Source: Escherichia phage mutPK1A2. From it: a stretch of DNA of 44,784 nt. Shown one piece after another: positions 8,772-18,265 of this stretch (position 1 is the stretch's first letter; every line of letters begins with the position of its first letter). Location: the sequence record NC_047889.1. One strand, 5' to 3'. The notes beneath the pieces are model-generated. The model was not told where the DNA came from. It made no database searches and saw only the letters and a program-made list of their open reading frames with translations. The position numbers and the translations under genes are program-made.

Positions 8772-9494
8772 ATGTATAAATTAGTATTGAATGCAGGTGA
8801 TTATGTTCGTAACATCAATGAAGCCTCACGTCGTTATCGTTGCCGTGGTGTAGTGGATCGTGTAAGTGAGAACATGTATCATGTAGAATATGATGATGGT
8901 GTTAAGGCTTCTTATCACAAGAAAACTGCACATAAATATCTTGAAAAGGTTGTAGAGGTAAACAATCAATGTAAGTGCATACATGATGAGGTTTGCGATA
9001 AGTGCAGACGTCAGGCAATTAAAGCCTTTACCTTTGCTCAACGCTATGGCTCTATGTATGGTACTGGTCACAAGACCCTTGCAGAAGCAGCTTGGAAGAC
9101 ATTGCAGTTTGAGCATTCAAATGGACGACGCACCACACTTAAGAAAGAGCGCCGCAATGTAATCACTGGTAAGACTCAAAGTGAGATGATTAAGCAATGT
9201 GGCACTGCATTAGGTGTTACACAGTTTAATACTCGTGCATTGGGTAAATCCACAGGACAAGCTATGGTAAAGATTGGCGAAGCCATGATGCATCCAAATG
9301 TACCTGTGCGAATCATGGATGTTGACCATGCAATCACAGAACAAGGTACGCAACGACGTGTAATTAATAAGCATTTTGCCGACACTATAGAAGGTATTAT
9401 TCGTAAGCAAGGGTTGAAAGGTCTTCACATCTTAAATGGTGAAGAATTACTGTACCTACCTATCGTTACTGAAGAAACCTACGTGAATATCTAA
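8772..9494 (+). CDS. Hypothetical protein (240 aa) with Cys cluster CKCIHDEVCDKC
   Basis: ORF track (first ATG at 8772, RBS GGAG); between primase and DNA polymerase. Confidence 0.6.
   Translation: MYKLVLNAGDYVRNINEASRRYRCRGVVDRVSENMYHVEYDDGVKASYHKKTAHKYLEKVVEVNNQCKCIHDEVCDKCRRQAIKAFTFAQRYGSMYGTGHKTLAEAAWKTLQFEHSNGRRTTLKKERRNVITGKTQSEMIKQCGTALGVTQFNTRALGKSTGQAMVKIGEAMMHPNVPVRIMDVDHAITEQGTQRRVINKHFADTIEGIIRKQGLKGLHILNGEELLYLPIVTEETYVNI
9373..9395 (+). promoter_or_regulatory. Weaker promoter-like element ATTTTGCCGACACTATAGAAGGT inside a CDS
   Basis: Core GACACTATAGAAGG conserved; upstream half diverges from consensus. Confidence 0.4.
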
Positions 9495-9504
9495 GGAGTT
9501 AATC

Positions 9505-9723
9505 ATGACTAAGGTATTAATTTATATGCGTGGACCTCATAAATGCTATGCAGTTGTAGCACCAGATGGTGTTAAGCCCTATGGTACTTCAAAAGGATTG
9601 GCATTAATAGGTGCTAGTCGTAGTGCAAGTTTCCAAATGGAACTTTTTGGTCATTGGACTGAATGGCAATTCCGTGAGGATTTTAAAGTCATTGGCAGCT
9701 TCATGGTGAAACATGCAAAATAA
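9505..9723 (+). CDS. Hypothetical protein (72 aa)
   Basis: ORF track; strong RBS TAAGGAG. Confidence 0.55.
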   Translation: MTKVLIYMRGPHKCYAVVAPDGVKPYGTSKGLALIGASRSASFQMELFGHWTEWQFREDFKVIGSFMVKHAK

Positions 9724-9922
9724 ACATAGTCTTAAAATGTTCGATGGTCATGAAGACCTGCAAGCCAAGATTACTAACCAAGCCTTCCTGTTTGCACAGC
9801 TAACTATGGCTGAAGCAAAGAAGAATAGCCTGACGCGCGAGCAAGTTATCAAAGAGGCAACTTGGGAGCCACACCAAGGCAAATACATGGGCCAGAAATT
9901 AACTGTAACACGCAGTCGATAA
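9713..9922 (+). CDS. Hypothetical protein (69 aa)
   Basis: ORF track; overlaps the previous gene by 11 nt; start uncertain. Confidence 0.4.
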   Translation: MQNKHSLKMFDGHEDLQAKITNQAFLFAQLTMAEAKKNSLTREQVIKEATWEPHQGKYMGQKLTVTRSR

Positions 9923-9932
9923 GTAAAGGGTT

Positions 9933-9948
9933 GTCTCACACGTGAGAC
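9933..9948. repeat. Palindrome variant GTCTCACACGTGAGAC (copy 4)
   Basis: One central substitution (CACGTG for CATGTG); follows an ORF stop and is followed by CCTTTC. Confidence 0.8.
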
Positions 9949-9979
9949 AGCCTTTCATCATATTGATTGGAGGTGCATT

Positions 9980-10087
9980 ATGTCACGTGATTATGATTCT
10001 GATTGGGATTTCCAAGATTCAATGAACTCAAAACCTGAACGTTCAGATGACTACTACGAAACAGAGGCAATGTATGAAAGCTATTAA
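9980..10087 (+). CDS. Small acidic protein (35 aa)
   Basis: RBS GGAGGT 7 nt before ATG; short, so tentative. Confidence 0.35.
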   Translation: MSRDYDSDWDFQDSMNSKPERSDDYYETEAMYESY

Positions 10088-10292
10088 AGTCAGTAAGGTT
10101 TGCTCTTGCGGTAAAGGTTATCGCAGTCGTATTGATGGTAAGTGTGGGCATTGCAGGTCTAAGAAAGAGGCTGCTTTGTTTGATAAGTACCACAATGAAT
10201 TAGCATATAACTATCCTCATCTAACACCTAATTCTTTATTAGGACTTGGTTATAGGGTTAAATACTTTGGAGCAATCTATGAAATCAATTGA
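10074..10292 (+). CDS. Small zinc-ribbon-like protein (72 aa; CxC...CxxC)
   Basis: In-frame ATG at 10074 with GAGG upstream inside track ORF 10047..10292; four Cys in VCSCGKG...CGHC; overlaps the DNAP start by 14 nt. Confidence 0.45.
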   Translation: MKAIKVSKVCSCGKGYRSRIDGKCGHCRSKKEAALFDKYHNELAYNYPHLTPNSLLGLGYRVKYFGAIYEIN

Positions 10293-12825
10293 TTGGAAGA
10301 AGGAAGCAGAAGGCCGCATCTTAGTGATGGATTCTGAGGCTAAAGGCCTGCTGGATGCTATCCGATATGGCCACCGCGAAGATGTGCACATCATTTGCTG
10401 CATGGATTTGCTTACTACAGAGGAGTTCCTCTTCTTTGACCCATACGAGATGCGTGACCCTGAAGCAAGAGAACGCCTAAAAGAATGGGAAGGCCATCAA
10501 GATGGAACATTGGTTGACGGTGTTAACTTCCTTAAGCACTGCGAAGCCATCGTCTCACAGAACTTCCTAGGGTACGACGGCCTTCTATTTGAGAAAGCAT
10601 TCCCTGATATCTGGAAAGGCTTTAACTATACCGAGAGACGCGGCAAGGGCAGACTCCGCGCTGACCTGTGTCCGGTACGCGTCATGGATACGCTGGTCAT
10701 GAGTCGCCTGTTAAACCCCGATAGACGCCTCCCTCCGCAAGCATACGCCAAAGGCATGGGTAACGTAGCCCCTCACTCAATTGAGGCGCACGGCATCCGT
10801 ATAGGCCGTTATAAGCCGGAGAACGAGGACTGGTCTAAACTAACGGACCACATGGTTCACCGTGTACGTGAAGACGTGGCTATTGGTCGCGACCTCTTCC
10901 TCTGGCTATACAACGGGGAATGGACGGAGCACAAACGCCGTGGCGTGAATAAACGTACGGGCCTAGGCATTGAGACGGCCTTCCACATGGAATCAATTGT
11001 GGCGCTGGAGATGAGCCGTCAGGCCGAGCGTGGATTCCGTCTGGATATAGATAAAGCATTAGCACGATGCGAGGAATTGGACGCTAAGATTGATGAGACA
11101 GTCGCAGCGTTCCGTCCGCACATGCCTATGCGTATCAGGTCTAAACCTTTTAAACCGGAAGAAAAGAATGAAGTATGCCAACGCGCAAATGAGTATGGAG
11201 CTAGCAACAATATACCTACTGTCCTTGACCCCTCACACTTTCTTCATGCCGAGAGACGAGGAGATCGCAAAACAGTATGGAGTGTCACTACTAAGTCTGG
11301 TGATTGGTCGGCTAGTATCAAGAAAGACTTTCCTCACCTTAGAGGAAACCGTAATGACACGCCAAGTATCAAGTGGATTGGCGCTTACTCGCCTGTTACT
11401 TTCGAAGAGATTCCCTTGGGTAACAGGGATACAGTTAAGCAAGTGCTCTATGATTATGGATGGAAAGGTGTTGAATTTAACGATACCGAGCAAGCGCATC
11501 TGGATGAGTATGGAGTGTTACCCAAACCTTGGAGTGGGAAGATAAATGAAAAGTCCCTTACTTTATGGCAAGAGAGAGCCGCACGTGAAGGTAAAACAGT
11601 CCCTGATTGGTGCTTGGGTATCGCTGCATGGTACATACTCGTATCCCGTCGTGGTCAGATCCTTAACCGTGGTGACGTTGAAGCCTTCGACCAGAAGGGG
11701 GCGTGGCCTTCGCAAGCTGGTGTACGAAAGTGTCGCGGCCTTGTACCTGTAGCATTTAACAAGGAGTTAGGAATCAATGCGCAGCAATATTACGAAAGGT
11801 ACGGATGCTGGCCTACGTCAGACAAGGATGACGGAGAGTGGCGTGTGCCAGCTATTGCTATTAGTATTGGAACTTCTACGTTCCGTATGCGTCATCGTAA
11901 CGTGGTTAATATTCCTGCCCGTGGTTTGTATCCTTTACGTGATTTATTCATAGCCGGTAAAGGTAAGCTAATCCTTGGTTGTGATGGTGCTGGTCTTGAA
12001 CTACGTGTACTGTCTCACTTCATGAATGACCCTGAATATCAAGATATTGTACTGCATGGTGACATTCACACCCATAATCAAATGAAGGCTGGTCTTCCTA
12101 AGCGTGACATGGCGAAGACATTTATATATGCCTTCCTATATGGGTCTGGTATAGCTAGCCTTGCAGCAGTATGTGGTGTTACTGAGGAAGAAATGGAGGA
12201 AGTTGTGGCAAGATTTGAGGTTGAACTACCATCTCTTGCACGTCTTCGTGAGAATGTTATCGCACAAGGTAACAAGTTTGGCTACCTACAAGCACCTGAT
12301 GGTCATTGGGGTCGCATCCGTATGTCTGGTGGTGAACTTAAAGAGCACACTATGCTTAACGTGTTACTCCAAATGACTGGCTCTTTGTGTATGAAATACG
12401 CATTGGTCAGAGCGTTTGCAGTGATGCGCAAGGAAGGTGTGGCCTTAGATAGCATGGGAAACCCTTGCGGTATAGCTAACGTGCACGATGAAATCCAGAT
12501 GGAAGTCCCTGAAGATGAGGTCTTGTTTCTCAACTACGACTTGCCTTTCACCTTAGAAGGGTTCGAAACAGAGAAGGCTGCTGTGAAAGCAGTGTTCGAT
12601 GCAGAGGAGAAACGTGTTCATGTGGATTCTGAAGGACGTATGTGGTCTGCTGCAAATCTCGTTAGCGTTGATGCTGATGCTGGTGTACTTCATTGCCAGC
12701 GTCGCTATCACCGTGCAGGGCATATCATTGCCGACGCAATGACTTGGGCGGGTCAGTATCTGAAGATGCGTTGTCCGATGGCAGGTGAGTATAAGATTGG
12801 TGCAAGTTGGAAGGAGACACACTAA
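10279..12825 (+). CDS. Family A DNA polymerase (T7 gp5-like)
   Basis: 848 aa from ATG 10279 (RBS GGAG); exo motif DSEAKGL, pol motifs DGAGLELRVL, RDMAKTFIYAFLYGSG, HDE. Confidence 0.95.
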   Translation: MKSIDWKKEAEGRILVMDSEAKGLLDAIRYGHREDVHIICCMDLLTTEEFLFFDPYEMRDPEARERLKEWEGHQDGTLVDGVNFLKHCEAIVSQNFLGYDGLLFEKAFPDIWKGFNYTERRGKGRLRADLCPVRVMDTLVMSRLLNPDRRLPPQAYAKGMGNVAPHSIEAHGIRIGRYKPENEDWSKLTDHMVHRVREDVAIGRDLFLWLYNGEWTEHKRRGVNKRTGLGIETAFHMESIVALEMSRQAERGFRLDIDKALARCEELDAKIDETVAAFRPHMPMRIRSKPFKPEEKNEVCQRANEYGASNNIPTVLDPSHFLHAERRGDRKTVWSVTTKSGDWSASIKKDFPHLRGNRNDTPSIKWIGAYSPVTFEEIPLGNRDTVKQVLYDYGWKGVEFNDTEQAHLDEYGVLPKPWSGKINEKSLTLWQERAAREGKTVPDWCLGIAAWYILVSRRGQILNRGDVEAFDQKGAWPSQAGVRKCRGLVPVAFNKELGINAQQYYERYGCWPTSDKDDGEWRVPAIAISIGTSTFRMRHRNVVNIPARGLYPLRDLFIAGKGKLILGCDGAGLELRVLSHFMNDPEYQDIVLHGDIHTHNQMKAGLPKRDMAKTFIYAFLYGSGIASLAAVCGVTEEEMEEVVARFEVELPSLARLRENVIAQGNKFGYLQAPDGHWGRIRMSGGELKEHTMLNVLLQMTGSLCMKYALVRAFAVMRKEGVALDSMGNPCGIANVHDEIQMEVPEDEVLFLNYDLPFTLEGFETEKAAVKAVFDAEEKRVHVDSEGRMWSAANLVSVDADAGVLHCQRRYHRAGHIIADAMTWAGQYLKMRCPMAGEYKIGASWKETH

Positions 12826-12923
12826 TGCAAACTGCTTTTATCATTCTTGGGATCATATTATTTATGGTAGTACTCTGGGCTTTCTCTGGCATTGACCCAG
12901 ATTGTGATGGTAACTACGACTGA
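12825..12923 (+). CDS. Small hydrophobic membrane peptide (32 aa)
   Basis: ATG overlapping the DNAP stop (TAATG); AGGAG upstream; sequence MQTAFIILGIILFMVVLWAFSG is one TM helix. Confidence 0.3.
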   Translation: MQTAFIILGIILFMVVLWAFSGIDPDCDGNYD

Positions 12924-12991
12924 GTTATACTCAAGGTCACTTACGAGTGGCCTTTATGCATAACTTATTCCTACTTATTTTGTCTAACATG

Positions 12992-13014
12992 ATTTACTGG
13001 ACACTATAGAAGGA
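12992..13014 (+). promoter_or_regulatory. Phage promoter ATTTACTGGACACTATAGAAGGA
   Basis: Exact consensus copy. Confidence 0.75.
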
Positions 13015-13078
13015 AATCCTAGGTAATCTAGGTTTATAAGGTAGTATAGGTAACTAAGTAAATATAGGAGATATAAAT

Positions 13079-13465
13079 ATGTCTATGGTAACTACTCTGG
13101 TATTCGTGGCTCAATACTTTCGTGGTCTGGCTAATAAGTTCAAGTCCAAGGCCATCAAAGCTATTGAGTCTCGCATCGAAGCAGTACAGGCAGAGCAAGT
13201 TAAAGTTGAAGACCATCGTAGTTCTCAAATGATTGACTGTCACAACCGCTACTATGCATCTCGTGATGAATTAAATGCACGTCAAGTCAAAGAGGTTGAA
13301 GAAATGATGGCACGTCACCAGCAAGAGCGTGACAACCTGAAAGCTGACTTCGAAGAGAACAAGGCATCCATTGCTCTGGTACATCAAGCTGCATCTGATA
13401 GCTTGAAGAAAGAGATTGTTATGCTGGAAATTGAACTGGACAACTTGACTAATAAGGAGCTATGA
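13079..13465 (+). CDS. Hypothetical coiled-coil protein (128 aa)
   Basis: ORF track; RBS TAGGAG; heptad-like charged sequence. Confidence 0.6.
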   Translation: MSMVTTLVFVAQYFRGLANKFKSKAIKAIESRIEAVQAEQVKVEDHRSSQMIDCHNRYYASRDELNARQVKEVEEMMARHQQERDNLKADFEENKASIALVHQAASDSLKKEIVMLEIELDNLTNKEL

Positions 13466-13761
13466 TGGAAGAAGTGATTCAAGCTAAACATGTAGGTATC
13501 ATCTTTCGTGATCTAGAGCAGCGTAAAGTTGCAGGTCATACCCGTTTGGCTAAAGAAGATGATACAGCAATCACTACTGTTGAACAAGCAGATGCCTATC
13601 GTGGTCCAGAGTTTACTCAAGGTGAAACTTGTCACCAATTGAGCCTATCACTTTGTGACACCATGGCTATTGTAAATGTGCAAGAAGTTGAAGAAGGTGA
13701 GTGTGTCAGTTACATCTACCCTTTAGATACTATTGCACGCATTAAGGTAATCCATAAGTAA
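13462..13761 (+). CDS. Hypothetical protein (99 aa)
   Basis: ORF track; RBS AAGGAG; start overlaps the previous stop. Confidence 0.55.
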   Translation: MMEEVIQAKHVGIIFRDLEQRKVAGHTRLAKEDDTAITTVEQADAYRGPEFTQGETCHQLSLSLCDTMAIVNVQEVEEGECVSYIYPLDTIARIKVIHK

Positions 13762-13783
13762 TTACTGGACACTATAGAACAAT
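13759..13783 (+). promoter_or_regulatory. Phage promoter (AATTACTGGACACTATAGAACAA)
   Basis: Consensus core; followed by a roughly 190-bp structured leader with several hairpins before a strongly expressed gene. Confidence 0.7.
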
Positions 13784-13974
13784 AGGATGTGGGTTTGTCG
13801 GAGACAGTAAAGCCAAGGTGCTCAGTGAGCGTAAAGCCTAAGCACGTCCTATGATTGTAAAGTGTTGATGTTGAACCCTTGTGCATCTTGCACAACCCGA
13901 TACTATATCGGGCTTTCTAGTGAGTACATGCTTGTGCTCAGTACAAAGCTAACTGACAATAGGAGACTAAATAA

Positions 13975-14781
13975 ATGGCACGTGGTGATTTTGATTTTGG
14001 TGCTCAGATTACTAAATCTGAAGGTAAAGTCTTTAAGAATCCAGAAGTAGGTGATCATGAAGCAGTAATCTCTGGCATCATTCATGTTGGTTCCTTCCAA
14101 GACATCTTTAAGAAAGGTAATACCACTGAAGTTAAGAAGCCAGCAAACTTTGTTCTGGTTAAGATTGTCCTGATGGGTGACGATGACAAGAACGAAGATG
14201 GTTCTCGCATGGAACAATGGATGGCTGTGCCTCTGAAGTCTGGTGATAAGGCAACACTGACTAAGTTCCTGAATGCAGTTGACCCTAAAGAGTTGCTGGG
14301 TGGCTTCGATGATTTCATTGGTGAATGCCTGACTGCAACGATGGTTGGTTCTGGTGACAAGAATGACGATGGCTCATTCAAGTATGTTAACTGGAAAGGT
14401 TTCGGTGGTATGCCGGACAAGCTGAAGAAACTTGTCATTGCTCAGGTTGAAGAAGAAGGTCTGTCGATGACAGGTCACATCACCTTCGACAAACTGACCA
14501 AAGAAATCCTTGATGATATTCCTGCTAACTTGGTGCGTCAATACTTCCTTAACGAGACGCCTCGTGGTAAGAACATGTCTGTTTCTGGTTCTCACGTAGA
14601 AGCAATCATCAAAGCTGCTCGCGAAGAAGACCCAGAGTGGAAGAAGGCTAAGAAGAAAGAAGAGGAAGATGCTACCCCAGCTAATCGTAAATCTCTGGCT
14701 ACTGGTGAGTCTGTTCCGCAGGAAGTACCTGAAGCAGAAGATACTCCTGCACCGGAGATGGATGAGGACGCGGAATATTAA
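13975..14781 (+). CDS. Putative ssDNA-binding protein (gp2.5-like)
   Basis: 268 aa; own promoter and structured leader; acidic C-terminal tail ending DEDAEY as in T7 gp2.5; no direct similarity verified. Confidence 0.4.
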   Translation: MARGDFDFGAQITKSEGKVFKNPEVGDHEAVISGIIHVGSFQDIFKKGNTTEVKKPANFVLVKIVLMGDDDKNEDGSRMEQWMAVPLKSGDKATLTKFLNAVDPKELLGGFDDFIGECLTATMVGSGDKNDDGSFKYVNWKGFGGMPDKLKKLVIAQVEEEGLSMTGHITFDKLTKEILDDIPANLVRQYFLNETPRGKNMSVSGSHVEAIIKAAREEDPEWKKAKKKEEEDATPANRKSLATGESVPQEVPEAEDTPAPEMDEDAEY

Positions 14782-14790
14782 GGAGAACGG

Positions 14791-15009
14791 ATGAAAGTAC
14801 AAATCGTAACTCTACATTGCAAGAAAGGAGTCACCACGCTTGGCGGCAACACTTTTCACTCCTTCTCCGAAGGGGAGGTTTATGCTGACCTGCACTACAT
14901 CTGGCGCGATGGGCAGCACGTGGTGAACTACAGCGACCCTGCGACTGGTAAACGCCACGGCGTGTCGCTTCCGGCGCACGACATTGCGCAGGTGAACACA
15001 GTTTTATAA
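14791..15009 (+). CDS. Hypothetical protein (72 aa)
   Basis: ORF track; RBS AAGGAG. Confidence 0.5.
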   Translation: MKVQIVTLHCKKGVTTLGGNTFHSFSEGEVYADLHYIWRDGQHVVNYSDPATGKRHGVSLPAHDIAQVNTVL

Positions 15010-15010
15010 A

Positions 15011-15026
15011 GTCTCACACGTGAGAC
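15011..15026. repeat. Palindrome variant GTCTCACACGTGAGAC (copy 5)
   Basis: Immediately after a stop codon and 15 bp upstream of the promoter at 15042. Confidence 0.8.
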
Positions 15027-15041
15027 AACTCGGTGTCCGGT

Positions 15042-15064
15042 ATTTACTGGACACTATAGAAGAG
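15042..15064 (+). promoter_or_regulatory. Phage promoter ATTTACTGGACACTATAGAAGAG
   Basis: Exact consensus. Confidence 0.75.
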
Positions 15065-15114
15065 AAGAATTTTAATCGGCGATAATGCCATAACCAACAA
15101 AAGGAGAATTTAAT

Positions 15115-15489
15115 ATGTTCAAGATTGAAACTATCGTAAACCGTGTTGTTAAAGGTGCTGCTCTGGTATCCGTTGAGTCTTTCATTATCGTCGATGAAGC
15201 TGACCAACTGGTAGCTGGTACTAAGGCTTATGATACCCGTGAAGAGGCTCAGGCTAAAATTGACAGCATGGGTAACTTCGCTGCGGGTCTGGAGTTTGCT
15301 CGTGCTTGCTTCCATGAGCAGGCTGACAAAGCTCAGATCGGTAAGGCTAATATCGTAGCTGAATATCTGGATTGGATTGCTGCTGGTAAGCCAGTGAAAG
15401 AAGTTAAAGCTGCTGAAGAAGCTGAAGCTCCGGCAGTGGAAGAATCCGCTGCACCGGAAGCTCCGGTAAGTGAAGAAGAAGAGTTTTAA
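15115..15489 (+). CDS. Hypothetical acidic protein (124 aa) with C-terminal tail ending EEEEF
   Basis: ORF track; strong RBS AAGGAG; Ala/Glu-rich acidic tail ending in Phe. Confidence 0.6.
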   Translation: MFKIETIVNRVVKGAALVSVESFIIVDEADQLVAGTKAYDTREEAQAKIDSMGNFAAGLEFARACFHEQADKAQIGKANIVAEYLDWIAAGKPVKEVKAAEEAEAPAVEESAAPEAPVSEEEEF

Positions 15490-15495
15490 TTTATG

Positions 15496-15528
15496 CCCTG
15501 TCTGACTTAGTGCAGGCAGGGTCTTTTG
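15496..15528 (+). terminator. Candidate intrinsic terminator
   Basis: 9-bp stem CCCTGTCTG / CAGGCAGGG with 8-nt loop followed by TCTTTTG. Confidence 0.5.
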
Positions 15529-15553
15529 CGTAATAGTTATTGGAGAATGAATT

Positions 15554-15859
15554 ATGCCGACTATTAAATCTCGTTTAGTAGCAGACTATGTTTATGGTCG
15601 TGATGCTAGAACTTTGAAAGACTATTTCAAAGTAATCATCTTGCTGGATGGAGAAGTGTTTCACACTAAAACATTCACCCTCCCTGAATTGTTTGATTTA
15701 GGTTACTGGGGTTGTACATATCAGGCCATAGCAGACAAGGTGCTACTCAGTGTGTTAAAGGAGTGGCCTACATGCGACCAAACTTCGACTTCGGAGCTAC
15801 AGTATCGGAAGATAATAACCTGTTGCTGTGGCCGACTGAAGGTAATAGAATCGCTTTAA
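15554..15859 (+). CDS. Hypothetical protein (101 aa)
   Basis: ORF track; RBS GGAG; 3' end overlaps the exonuclease gene in another frame by about 88 nt, so the true end is uncertain. Confidence 0.4.
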   Translation: MPTIKSRLVADYVYGRDARTLKDYFKVIILLDGEVFHTKTFTLPELFDLGYWGCTYQAIADKVLLSVLKEWPTCDQTSTSELQYRKIITCCCGRLKVIESL

Positions 15860-16800
15860 TAGATGCTGATATGTTACCCTACATCGTAGGTTATACAATC
15901 AGTGACATGACTTATGTACGAGCCACAACTCGTGTTAAGTCAGGACAAGCCCCATCAATCAAAGATACACCTGAGTGTAAGCAAGCGTGTGACCGTGTGA
16001 ACTCCTTGCTTAACTCTTGGGTGTATGCAGCAGAGTGCGATGCAGCTAAGTTATTCTTGACGAAATCAGAAGCTAACTTCCGTGTTCGCCTAGCATTCAC
16101 CAAGCCTTACAAGGGTCAACGTAAGACCGAGAAGCCTCCCTTCTTCTATGAATTGCGAGAGCATCTCTTAGAGGTTCACGGTGCAATCTTGGCAGATGGA
16201 GAAGAAGCTGATGACCTCATGAGCATCGCACAATGGGCTAGCCACCGCCGCTTCCTGCAAGATACAGGTAACGAGTTCCCTATCGGTAGTCCAGAGCATA
16301 AAGCATTCTCTGATACTTGCATCGTTTCCTTAGATAAGGATTTGATGATTGTTCCCGGTTGGCATCTTCAGCCGGGTCAAGAGAAGAAATGGGTAGAACC
16401 TATGGGTTGGCTTGAGTTACGCCGCAAGGCTAACGGTCAAGTCAAAGACCTAAAAGGTGCTGGCCTTATGTTCCATTATGCACAGATGATTATCGGTGAT
16501 GATATTGATAACTATGCTGGCATACCTGGTCGTGGTGCTAAATATGCCTATGATCTTCTCAAAGGTTGTAAGACAGAGAAAGAATTGTACATGGCAGTGC
16601 TTGGAGCTTACAAAGCTAAGTTCGGTCATGGACAGGTTAAGATTAAGAATTACCGAGGTGGTTATCGGGTTGGCAAAGCCTTTGACCTTATGCTTGAATG
16701 TGGTCGCCTAGCACACATGGCTAGGTTCAAAGGTGATATATGGCGGGCCGATAAGAACCCAATCTTGTGGGGAGATGATGCGGAATGGTTAGCAAATTAA
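15772..16800 (+). CDS. 5'-3' exonuclease (T7 gp6-like, FEN family)
   Basis: Start ATG 15772 with RBS AAGGAG; acidic active-site-like motifs IALIDADMLPY, EADDLMSIA, VSLDKDLMIVPG in the arrangement of FEN-type exonucleases. Confidence 0.7.
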   Translation: MRPNFDFGATVSEDNNLLLWPTEGNRIALIDADMLPYIVGYTISDMTYVRATTRVKSGQAPSIKDTPECKQACDRVNSLLNSWVYAAECDAAKLFLTKSEANFRVRLAFTKPYKGQRKTEKPPFFYELREHLLEVHGAILADGEEADDLMSIAQWASHRRFLQDTGNEFPIGSPEHKAFSDTCIVSLDKDLMIVPGWHLQPGQEKKWVEPMGWLELRRKANGQVKDLKGAGLMFHYAQMIIGDDIDNYAGIPGRGAKYAYDLLKGCKTEKELYMAVLGAYKAKFGHGQVKIKNYRGGYRVGKAFDLMLECGRLAHMARFKGDIWRADKNPILWGDDAEWLAN

Positions 16801-17198
16801 AAGCATCGGAGGTGGCAGCTTATAAGAAGGAATTGCTAGATAAGCAAGGATGGAAATGCCCTCTGTGTGGCGGCAGCCTCAAAGCTGTCACACCTGTAAA
16901 CCGTGTACTTGACCATGACCATGAGACAGGATTCTGCCGTGCTGTTGTATGCCGAGGCTGCAATGGTGCGGAAGGGAAGATTAAGGGTGTTATCTCTGGT
17001 TATGGTAAGGCGGGTAATAACCGTTACTTCCAGCTTCAATGGTTAGAGAGATTGTATGAATACTGGAAGTTACATAGTACGCCTCAGACAGATAAGTTAT
17101 ATCACAAACATCAAACGGAGGCAGAGAAGCGCGAGGCTAAGAACCGTAAGGCACGCCTTGCTTATGCAAGAAAGAAGAAGGAGGTTAAAGTTGGGTAA
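16785..17198 (+). CDS. Endonuclease VII-like Holliday junction resolvase
   Basis: CPLCGG...LDHDHETGFCRAVVCRGCNGAEGKIKG matches the zinc/HNH-like motif pattern I recall for T4 endonuclease VII (CLICQ...HLDHDHE...CNLCNAAEG). Confidence 0.7.
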   Translation: MVSKLKASEVAAYKKELLDKQGWKCPLCGGSLKAVTPVNRVLDHDHETGFCRAVVCRGCNGAEGKIKGVISGYGKAGNNRYFQLQWLERLYEYWKLHSTPQTDKLYHKHQTEAEKREAKNRKARLAYARKKKEVKVG

Positions 17199-18198
17199 GC
17201 TTCGCAGCTTGTACAAAGACTCCGAGGTACTTGATGCAATCGAGCAAGCTACCGACGAGAAAGGTAATGTTAACTACAATGAGATGGCACGTGTATTATC
17301 GTGTCATCCTGTGGGTAAGAAGATTACCCGCCAGTTGGCTCGATACTGGCATGGTCAATTCAAGAAGACCAAGAAGAATGGTGATTACTATCAGACTCTT
17401 CTGCAAGAGGATCGGCGCATCAAAGAAGGGCGTAAGCTCAGGACTCCTGACCGTTACGAGGATTTGGCTGTTGTACCATTGCCTGACTCGCCTCATCGAA
17501 GTGTACTGGTAATCCCTGATACTCATGCACCTTATGAGCACCCAGATACCTTAGGGTTCCTTGCAGCAGTGGCAGCACGTTACCGTCCAGACACAGTGGT
17601 ACATCTCGGAGATGAAGCAGATAAACACGCCCTCTCCTTCCACGACTCTGATCCAAATCTGGATAGTGCTGGGGTGGAATTGGAGAAGGCTCGTGTCTTT
17701 ATGCATAAGCTGCATAAGATGTTTCCTGTGATGCGCCTGTGTCATTCTAATCACGGCTCTATGCACTTCCGTAAGGCAAGCGCCAAAGGTATTCCTGTAC
17801 AATATCTGCGTACCTATCGTGAAGTCTTCTTTCCGCATGGGGGTGGCGACCAGTGGGATTGGCAGCATACACACGTTCTTGAGTTGCCGAATGGTGAACA
17901 GGTTGCATTTAAGCATCAACCCGCAGGCTCAGTCTTAGCAGATGCAGCGCATGAGCGCATGAACTTAGTGTGCGGTCACTTGCATGGTAAGATGTCGGTG
18001 GAGTATGCACGTAATACACATGAACAGTATTGGGCTGTGCAGGGCGGCTGTTTGATTGATGAGTCATCTCGTGCATTTGCCTATGGTCGTGAGTCCAAAT
18101 ACAAGCCAGCATTAGGTTGTGTGGTTATTCTGGAGGGTGTGCCGCACATTGTCCCGATGCAGACCAATAGTGATAATCGCTGGATTGGTAAGATTTAG
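17191..18198 (+). CDS. Calcineurin-like metallophosphoesterase
   Basis: Motifs VIPDTHAP (DxH), HLGDEAD (GDxxD), CHSNHGS (GNH-like), GHLHG; start placed at TTG 17191 behind AAGGAGG (track ATG 17056 would overlap the resolvase by 143 nt); start is uncertain. Confidence 0.65.
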   Translation: MGKLRSLYKDSEVLDAIEQATDEKGNVNYNEMARVLSCHPVGKKITRQLARYWHGQFKKTKKNGDYYQTLLQEDRRIKEGRKLRTPDRYEDLAVVPLPDSPHRSVLVIPDTHAPYEHPDTLGFLAAVAARYRPDTVVHLGDEADKHALSFHDSDPNLDSAGVELEKARVFMHKLHKMFPVMRLCHSNHGSMHFRKASAKGIPVQYLRTYREVFFPHGGGDQWDWQHTHVLELPNGEQVAFKHQPAGSVLADAAHERMNLVCGHLHGKMSVEYARNTHEQYWAVQGGCLIDESSRAFAYGRESKYKPALGCVVILEGVPHIVPMQTNSDNRWIGKI

Positions 18199-18215
18199 TT
18201 GACACTATAGAACAA
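18193..18215 (+). promoter_or_regulatory. Phage promoter ATTTAGTTGACACTATAGAACAA
   Basis: Closest of all copies to the classical SP6 promoter ATTTAGGTGACACTATAGAAG. Confidence 0.65.
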
Positions 18216-18265
18216 AGGGTAGGTATTAGCTTACCCTTGATTGTATAGTGAATGGAGGAATTAAT

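Noticed and set aside
17056-17190. Upstream ATG start (17056) for the metallophosphoesterase
   Set aside because: Would overlap the resolvase gene by about 143 nt with a low-complexity Arg-rich N-terminus; TTG 17191 behind a strong AAGGAGG is more plausible, though the true start is unverified.
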